A stretch of 64,000 nucleotides of DNA from Patescibacteria group bacterium. Lineage in GTDB: Bacteria > Patescibacteriota > Patescibacteriia > 2-12-FULL-57-11. Positions 58,284 to 64,000 of the stretch are shown piece by piece. The notes under the pieces are model-generated. The model saw only the letters and a list, made by a program, of their open reading frames with translations, had not been told where the DNA came from and ran no database searches. The stretch's first letter is position 1; every line of letters starts with the position of its first letter. A program made the position numbers and the translations under genes. Where the stretch lies: the NCBI GenBank assembly GCA_004297205.1, contig SCUL01000001.1, forward strand, positions 93,862 through 157,861. The letters run 5' to 3'.

Positions 58284-58502
58284 ATGAACATCGGCGAAGT
58301 TAAGAACAAGGCAGAGTGCCCCGCCTGCAAGGCTGCGGTCGAGTTCACCCTGGTGGAGATCGCTGCGGAATCGTCCGTGACATGTGGCGGCTGCGGGGCA
58401 TCAATCAAGCTCACCGACAAGGACGGCGGCGCAAAGAAGCTCATCAAGGAGATGAACGATATCACCTCCCAATTCCCCAAGAAGATCACCCTCAAGTTCT
58501 AA
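58284..58502 (+). CDS. Small zinc-ribbon protein
   Basis: ECPAC...TCGGCG. Confidence 0.7.
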   Translation: MNIGEVKNKAECPACKAAVEFTLVEIAAESSVTCGGCGASIKLTDKDGGAKKLIKEMNDITSQFPKKITLKF

Positions 58503-58526
58503 TCCATCACCGACCCAAACGACCGT

Positions 58527-58835
58527 ATGATTTACGACTTCAAGGGTCCGTACACCTTCTCTGAAAAGGTCATATCGGACTGGGACAGCGACTCGATCGG
58601 CGTCTACTACTGCGGATACAAAAATGCGGATGGAAAGCTCGCTATCTGCTACATCGGCAGGGCAGTCGCCGAAGGCGGTATGCGCGGACGCCTCCTCGAG
58701 CACCTCGGTGAGGACAAGTGGTCCGATGTTACTCACTTTGGCTTCCATCGTTGCGACACCGCCACGGAGGCCAAGAACCACGAGATTGCCGAAATCGTTC
58801 TCTACAAACCCAAATACAACACGGTCGGCAAGTGA
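58527..58835 (+). CDS. Minimal GIY-YIG-like nuclease
   Basis: GVYY...CYIGRA...MRGRLLEH...E..EI..YKPKYN. Confidence 0.75.
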   Translation: MIYDFKGPYTFSEKVISDWDSDSIGVYYCGYKNADGKLAICYIGRAVAEGGMRGRLLEHLGEDKWSDVTHFGFHRCDTATEAKNHEIAEIVLYKPKYNTVGK

Positions 58836-59030
58836 GTGTGGTGCCGCACCTCGCCGAGAAGTACACGAGGTAGCTCGCGGAATAAAAAACGTAACGCCCT
58901 CGAACATGCTGAGGGCGCGGTAGTGATCCATAATCGTGCTTTGCTTATCGGGCTAAAAACTTATCTACTTGTTCGATAAGCCGAGCCCATGTAACTAGGT
59001 GTGACCTTTGTTTATAACAAATAGATAGTT

Positions 59031-59810
59031 ATGGGAAATTCCTATACAATTCCAATGTTAATCGCTATGCCAGAAGCAGTAGCTACAAAACGACGGATCC
59101 AGGGAGGGGTCGCTACGACCAACCTAGTCTTGTCAGCCCATGTAACGGGAAATGCCGATGTCTTCCCGACAGTTATTGATTTGCATGTGGCTCCGGGATC
59201 AAAGGTGGCTGACGTCACTTACGGAAAGGGTGTTTTTTGGAAAAAGGTTCCGCCGGGAAAGTACCAACTTTTCCCGAGCGATCTGAAAACCGGAATTGAT
59301 TGCACAAAATTACCCTACGAAAACGAGAGTCTTGATTGCGTCGTTCTTGATCCCCCCTACATGGAGGGGCTATTCCGCGGATCAAAGAATCAGCTGGCCG
59401 GATCTGGTACCCACGCAGCCTTCCGCGAAAACTATTCCAACGGTCAAGCATCCTCAATTGATGGGCCGAAATGGCACGACGCTGTTCTCGACCTGTACTT
59501 CCGTGCTGGCATCGAGGCCAGGAGGGTTCTAAGAAATGGCGGTACGCTCATCGTCAAATGCCAAGATGAAGTGAGCGCAAACAGGCAGAGACTTACTCAC
59601 GTTGAGATCATCAACGAGTACGTTGGGTATGGATACTACGCGAAAGATATTTTCGTAGTCGTACGGACGAACAGGCCGGTCATGAGCCGACTAAAGAAGC
59701 AGGTTCACGCTCGAAAAAACCATTCTTACTTCCTCGTGTTCGTGAAGGTCCCTGTCAACAAAAATCCGCGTCTTTATCGACCGCGAAGCAATTCGTCGAG
59801 CAACGGATAG
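59031..59810 (+). CDS. Amino (N6-A/N4-C) DNA methyltransferase
   Basis: [10 protein letters not shown] (SAM binding), VVLDPPY, EARRVL..GG.LIVKCQD; start uncertain. Confidence 0.88.
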   Translation: MGNSYTIPMLIAMPEAVATKRRIQGGVATTNLVLSAHVTGNADVFPTVIDLHVAPGSKVADVTYGKGVFWKKVPPGKYQLFPSDLKTGIDCTKLPYENESLDCVVLDPPYMEGLFRGSKNQLAGSGTHAAFRENYSNGQASSIDGPKWHDAVLDLYFRAGIEARRVLRNGGTLIVKCQDEVSANRQRLTHVEIINEYVGYGYYAKDIFVVVRTNRPVMSRLKKQVHARKNHSYFLVFVKVPVNKNPRLYRPRSNSSSNG

Positions 59811-60352
59811 GGATCGGTGGTAAAGGGAGGCTCAGGAGGCCAAGAGACGTTGACTGTAGTGGCCAGCAGGTGTTGCTGCTGCTCGGGGGTATACTTTTTG
59901 GATTTAGATCTCGGAAGGTCTTTGTTTTTTGCAAAAATGAACCTCCAACCCTCCCCGAACGAGAAGAGATTCACCGCCAAGATATCGAACTCGCCCACAA
60001 GCAGGCACGTGGTTTCGACAACTGACCCGTCAAACAGCTTGACTGGCCGCCGGTCGCTTGCGTCAACTTGGGCTTTTCCGCACATCACCTTGTCAACACA
60101 ACGGATACTATTCGTTTGAAGCGACTTCACTTCGATGAAGAACTCTCTGCCACCGTAAGTAACGGAAATATCGCCTTTCTTAGTGCGGTCGTGATCATCA
60201 TACTTTTTTACATTTGTCACTTCCTTACGGCCATCGAACCACGTCTTCTTGGCCTTGGTCTCGCCGAGATAACCAAGAAGCATCCCGCGCAGGCTGGGAT
60301 TCGTGTCTATTACTTCGGTGAGATCATCCGCTGTGATCTCCCATCTCTGCAA
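59774..60352 (-). CDS. Putative type II restriction endonuclease (PD-(D/E)xK)
   Basis: [19 protein letters not shown]; convergent with and overlapping the MTase; non-ATG start. Confidence 0.75.
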   Translation of the reverse strand: MQRWEITADDLTEVIDTNPSLRGMLLGYLGETKAKKTWFDGRKEVTNVKKYDDHDRTKKGDISVTYGGREFFIEVKSLQTNSIRCVDKVMCGKAQVDASDRRPVKLFDGSVVETTCLLVGEFDILAVNLFSFGEGWRFIFAKNKDLPRSKSKKYTPEQQQHLLATTVNVSWPPEPPFTTDPYPLLDELLRGR

Positions 60353-60569
60353 GATGTCCTTCTTGGGGTCACTCAGATCGAGAGAGTATTACCACAAATT
60401 GACAGATGAGTCCAGTATAGCGCCCAACCATCTTCGGCGACTAGCCACACAGTAATTGAAAAAGCACCAACCGAAGATGGCGGCTTTCAGCAACTGGCTT
60501 GGGACTCCGATCTTTGGAACCGGCGCGCAACTTCCGCTGGGAAGCCGGATTTTGACGCAAGTCATCTCT

Positions 60570-60616
60570 TGGCAGGGGCGGTAGGAATCGAACCCACGCA
60601 AGGGGTTTTGGAGACC
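60570..60616 (-). repeat. 47-bp exact duplicate of the tRNA-Trp 3' part (anticodon arm to CCA)
   Basis: Identical to 62026-62072; no 5' acceptor strand or D arm upstream. Confidence 0.95.
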
Positions 60617-60628
60617 TTGCGCGAGTGA

Positions 60629-60665
60629 TAAAAAAGTAGGCTCTCAGCATTTCTGCTGAGAGCCC
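60629..60665 (-). terminator. rtcB terminator
   Basis: GGCTCTCAGCA-gaaa-TGCTGAGAGCC then TACTTTTTTAT. Confidence 0.85.
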
Positions 60666-60689
60666 GGTGCTGTCGCGTCGTCGAGGCGA

Positions 60690-61877
60690 TCACCCCTTGA
60701 CGCAGAGCACCTGCTTGAGCTCGGCCACGATCTCGACCAGGTCCGCCTGGTTGGCCATCACCCGCTCGATGTCCTTGTAGGCCGCGGGGATCTCGTCGAG
60801 GACCCCTTCGTCCTTGCGGCACTCCACGCCGGCGGTCTGCGCGGCGAGGTCCGCCGTCGTGTAGGCCTTCTTGGCCTTGTTGCGGCTCATCCGCCGACCG
60901 GCGCCATGCGAGGCGCTCTGGTAGGACTCGGCGTTGCCGCGGCCGCGCACGATGTAGCTCTTCGCGCCCATCGACCCGGGGATGATCCCGAGATCGCCGG
61001 CACCCGCGCGGATCGCGCCCTTGCGGGTGATGAAGAGCTGCTCGCCGAAGTGCGTCTCCTCGGCCACGTAGTTGTGGTGGCAGAGTACCGGTGCCTCGCA
61101 GGTCATGTGCGGAAAGGACCCGCGCAGCACCGCGAGGCAGCGCTCCAGCATCACGGTCCGGTTGATCCGCGCGTACTCCTGCGCCCAGTAGAGGTCGCGT
61201 CGGTACGCGGCCATCTGGGGCGTTCCGGCGAGGAACACCGCGAGGTCGCGGTCCGGAAGCTCGGCGTTGTGGGCCAGCTTCTTGGCCGCGGCGATGTGGA
61301 AGTCGGCGAGCTCCTTGCCGATGTAGCGGCTGCCCGAGTGCAGCATCACCCACACCCGGCCCTCCGTGTCGAGACACAGCTCGACGAAGTGATTACCGCC
61401 GCCGAGCGTTCCGAGCTGCTTCGCAGCGCGGCTGGCCAGCTGCCCGACCTTCGGCGACAGCTCGGCGAACCGCGCCATGAGCTCGGCGCCGGCGCGAGCC
61501 GTCTCTGCCGCGCATGCCGCGAACACCGGCTCCTCGTAGGTGGCGAAGCCCACGGGGATCGCCGCCTCGATCGCGAGCCGAATCTCGCGCAGCGACTCCG
61601 GCAGGTCGCCCGCGGTGAGGTTGGTCCTCACCGCGCCCATGCCGCAGCCGATGTCGACACCGACCGCGGCCGGCGACACGGCGTCGCGCATGGCCACGAC
61701 GGAACCGACCGTCGCGCCCTTGCCGAAGTGGACGTCCGGCATGATGGCGACGTGGTGCACGCACCACGGCAACCGGGCGATGTTCTTCAGCTGCTCGAGC
61801 GCCTCGGCCTCGACGTCGGCGACGTCGGTCCAGAGCTTCACGGGTACCCGACCACCGACGATCTCACTGCGTGCCAT
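60690..61877 (-). CDS. rtcB: RtcB RNA ligase
   Basis: MPDVHFG.GATVG, VGVDIGCG, LGTLGGGNHFVE, LHSGSR, HHNY, RKGA, IPGSMG, SHGAGR, DEIPAAYK. Confidence 0.97.
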   Translation of the reverse strand: MARSEIVGGRVPVKLWTDVADVEAEALEQLKNIARLPWCVHHVAIMPDVHFGKGATVGSVVAMRDAVSPAAVGVDIGCGMGAVRTNLTAGDLPESLREIRLAIEAAIPVGFATYEEPVFAACAAETARAGAELMARFAELSPKVGQLASRAAKQLGTLGGGNHFVELCLDTEGRVWVMLHSGSRYIGKELADFHIAAAKKLAHNAELPDRDLAVFLAGTPQMAAYRRDLYWAQEYARINRTVMLERCLAVLRGSFPHMTCEAPVLCHHNYVAEETHFGEQLFITRKGAIRAGAGDLGIIPGSMGAKSYIVRGRGNAESYQSASHGAGRRMSRNKAKKAYTTADLAAQTAGVECRKDEGVLDEIPAAYKDIERVMANQADLVEIVAELKQVLCVKG

Positions 61878-61987
61878 AGCTGTTTTCTCCCTGTGGTGTT
61901 TGTTATGGAAAGAGAAGCGAATTGTTCAGGAACGACGCGACAGTAAATCACATTTTCTCTGGAAAGTCAAGCCTGTGCGCATGTACA

Positions 61988-62025
61988 AGAAAAGCGCGGC
62001 CGTCAGTACGACGGTCGCGCTTTTC
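61988..62025 (-). terminator. Terminator immediately after tRNA-Trp
   Basis: GAAAAGCGCG(A)CCGTC...GACGG(C)CGCGCTTTTCT. Confidence 0.75.
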
Positions 62026-62099
62026 TGGCAGGGGCGGTAGGAATCGAACCCACGCAAGGGGTTTTGGAGACCCCTGTACTACCATTATACGACGCCCCC
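62026..62099 (-). tRNA. tRNA-Trp (CCA)
   Basis: GGGGGCG TCGTATAATGGTAGTAC A GGGGT CTCCAAA ACCCC TTGC GTGGG TTCGATT CCTAC CGCCCCT G CCA folds as a cloverleaf with encoded CCA. Confidence 0.96.
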
Positions 62100-62147
62100 A
62101 GGCGCGGAAGACGTTACGCGAAAATGTCCGACAGGGCAAGACTGCCA

Positions 62148-63671
62148 CTATTTGAACGAGTCCGCGAACACCGGCGCGATCATGGTGTCGACCGGGACGT
62201 AATCGTCGGTCAGGACGAGCCCCTTCTTCTCCGTAACGAATCGGTCGAGCTCGTCGGCGGGAATCAGGTAGTGCATGCGCTCCCAAAGATCCGCGGCGTT
62301 CTCGCCGTCGATGCGCACGCCCGTGGGAGCGCTCCCCTTCCAGTCTCCCGGCAACTGCGCGTCGCTCGCCAGCACCACGAAGGTGTTGCGGCCTTTGTCC
62401 CGCCAGTTCTCGCCGAGCGGCAGCACCAGAACGGTGGCGAATTGCGCGCGCAGCGTTGCCACGGTCGAAGCCAGGAAGCGGCCGTGCCGCGCGTCGTCGA
62501 TGATGTTCACGGCGTACCAGCCGTCGGACGCGAGATGTTCCTTCACGAGTCCGTGGAACTCGCGCGTCGTCAGGTGGTACGGCACCGAGTAGTCGTTGAA
62601 GGCGTCGCCGAACACGAAGTCGTAGCTCTCGTCGGCGGGCATGCGCATCAAGGCGATGCGCGCGTCGCGGTTGACGCTGACGATGTCCGTGTCGCGCGGC
62701 AGGCCGAACCGTTCATGGACGATCTCGGTCACGCCGGGGTCGATTTCGAGCACCGTGTTCGCCGATCCGGGGTACTGCGCGGCGACGTACCGCGGCATGG
62801 TGTATCCCCCGCCGCCGATATAGAGCGCGCGCGGCGCCGCTTTGCCGACCGCGGCCATCAGCACGGCGTACACTTTCTCGTATTCGTACCCGAGCTCGCT
62901 CGGGTCGGTCTTGGAGACGTAGCTGTGCACGAGGTGGTCCAGACGCAGGATGGAAAAATCCTCCTGCTCGGTGACGCGGATGCAGTAATACTGCGTCTCG
63001 GCCGTGCACTGCGCCGGCAGGAACAGCGTCGAGATGAACAGCAACCCGGCGGCAGCGGATTTCTTGCCCGGTCGCAACCCCTGCGCGTGAACGAAGGCCG
63101 CGAGGAGCAAAAGCACCACCGCGGACAGACGCACGATGGTGGCCGTGCCGATGAGGTCGATCAGGACGAAGCCGGTCGTGAACGTGCCGAGGATGCTCCC
63201 CAGCGTGCCGAGCGCCGAGATGCGGCCGACCGTGCGCCCGGTCCGCGACAGGTCGGTCAGGTCGAACTTCACGACGAGCGGCGAGACGGCCCCGAGCAGG
63301 ATGCTCGCCGGCAGGAAGGTGAAGATGGAAAACACCAAGGCTGCGACCATCAACGGCAGCGGCGTAAACGTCAGGGTGTTGCCGAGCACCGGCACGATGA
63401 ACAGCACCAGGATGGTGGCGATACCGGCCGCGAAAAAAAGCACCGCCACATGCGCGCGCTTCAGCTCCGTGTCCGCCACTTTGCCGCCCAGCCAGGCGCC
63501 GATGCTGATGCCGGCCAGGATGACCCCGATGATGGCCGTCCAGGTGAAAATCGAGACGCCCAGGTACGGCGCCATGACCCGGCCGGCCACCAGCTCCAGC
63601 GTCATCAATACGAAACTCGCCAGGAAGACGATCGTCCCTCCGAAGCGCAAGGATTCCCTCCCCTGATCCAT
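62148..63671 (-). CDS. Fused membrane domain / spermidine-synthase-like methyltransferase
   Basis: MTLELVAGR.MAPYLG, TLGSILGTF; LYIGGGGY, LEIDP, GDAF...VPYHLTT.EF, LTDDYVPVD. Confidence 0.9.
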   Translation of the reverse strand: MDQGRESLRFGGTIVFLASFVLMTLELVAGRVMAPYLGVSIFTWTAIIGVILAGISIGAWLGGKVADTELKRAHVAVLFFAAGIATILVLFIVPVLGNTLTFTPLPLMVAALVFSIFTFLPASILLGAVSPLVVKFDLTDLSRTGRTVGRISALGTLGSILGTFTTGFVLIDLIGTATIVRLSAVVLLLLAAFVHAQGLRPGKKSAAAGLLFISTLFLPAQCTAETQYYCIRVTEQEDFSILRLDHLVHSYVSKTDPSELGYEYEKVYAVLMAAVGKAAPRALYIGGGGYTMPRYVAAQYPGSANTVLEIDPGVTEIVHERFGLPRDTDIVSVNRDARIALMRMPADESYDFVFGDAFNDYSVPYHLTTREFHGLVKEHLASDGWYAVNIIDDARHGRFLASTVATLRAQFATVLVLPLGENWRDKGRNTFVVLASDAQLPGDWKGSAPTGVRIDGENAADLWERMHYLIPADELDRFVTEKKGLVLTDDYVPVDTMIAPVFADSFK

Positions 63672-63708
63672 AGAAACGCAAAGTCCGCTTTAAAAAGCGG
63701 ACTCGCCG

Positions 63709-63864
63709 TTACTTCGTTTCTTTGTGCACTTTGTGCGTCTTGCACCAGCGGCAGAACTTGGAAAGCTCGAGCCGGGCCTTGATGGTCTTCTTGTTCTTCT
63801 GGGAGTAGTAGCCAATCCGGTGGCATTGCGTGCACTCCATCTTGATCAGGTTGTCCTGGGACAT
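63709..63864 (-). CDS. rpmG: 50S ribosomal protein L33 (Zn-binding form)
   Basis: MSQDNLIKMECTQC...KNKK....RLELSKFCRWCKTHKVHKETK. Confidence 0.96.
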   Translation of the reverse strand: MSQDNLIKMECTQCHRIGYYSQKNKKTIKARLELSKFCRWCKTHKVHKETK

Positions 63865-63921
63865 ACGGGGGAAATTGAAAGCCGGGAAGAATGTATCAAA
63901 CCGGGCCGGGGCTGGCAAGGG

Positions 63922-64000
63922 TCAGGCGCTGTGCAGCTCGTCAAAGCCCTCAGCCATGCCCGGCGGTTCATAGACCGCGGCCATCCGGCGGATCAGGTCC
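63922..64000 (-). CDS. C-terminal fragment of a gene entering from the right edge (possibly P-loop kinase type)
   Basis: DLIRRMAAVYEPPGMAEGFDELHSA*. Confidence 0.5.
   Translation of the reverse strand, partial: DLIRRMAAVYEPPGMAEGFDELHSA

Larger units (their letters stand above)
56645..60569. mobile_element. Lower-GC genomic islet at tRNA-Trp (ImmA/XRE switch, four small genes, R-M pair); no integrase visible
   Basis: Bounded by tRNA-derived direct repeats; visibly more AT-rich than the flanks. Confidence 0.8.

Noticed and set aside
60570-60616. Second tRNA-Trp gene
   Set aside because: Only anticodon arm to CCA is present; the upstream sequence cannot form the D arm or acceptor 5' strand
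1-64000. Alternative genetic code (TGA=Gly, as in Gracilibacteria/Absconditabacteria)
   Set aside because: Conserved genes (mraY, purB, dinB, guaA, rtcB) end at TGA at expected lengths and have no internal TGA

Overview
High-GC bacterial chromosome segment, standard genetic code (TGA used as stop). Gene content and style suggest a Patescibacteria/CPR (Parcubacteria-like) genome, by inference from pilin-like genes, DUF5667/DUF5671-type proteins, surface proteins with a shared C-terminal domain, and mostly Shine-Dalgarno-less starts. Core genes: rpmA, rplI, rpmG, mraY, pyrG, ribH/ribE/riboflavin kinase, ctpA, lexA, dinB, dusB, rlmN, pepF, HU, tRNA-Trp. Interleaved are self-contained units with their own promoter, strong SD and T-rich terminator: purC-purE fusion, purB, guaA, prs, an HD dNTPase-like gene, rtcB and orphans. 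Most notable: (1) a ~715-nt highly base-paired region with no credible ORF, a near-consensus sigma70 promoter and a terminator (27956-28704), a candidate large ncRNA; (2) two places where largely unrelated ORFs sit in tandem inside homologous 5'/3' frames (16092-17213; guaA/prs); (3) tandem integrase-less islets at tRNA-Trp, bounded by 47-bp and 18-bp tRNA repeats, carrying rtcB and an ImmA/XRE-linked four-gene operon plus an R-M pair. All calls come from reading the sequence; no database searches or folding programs were run.
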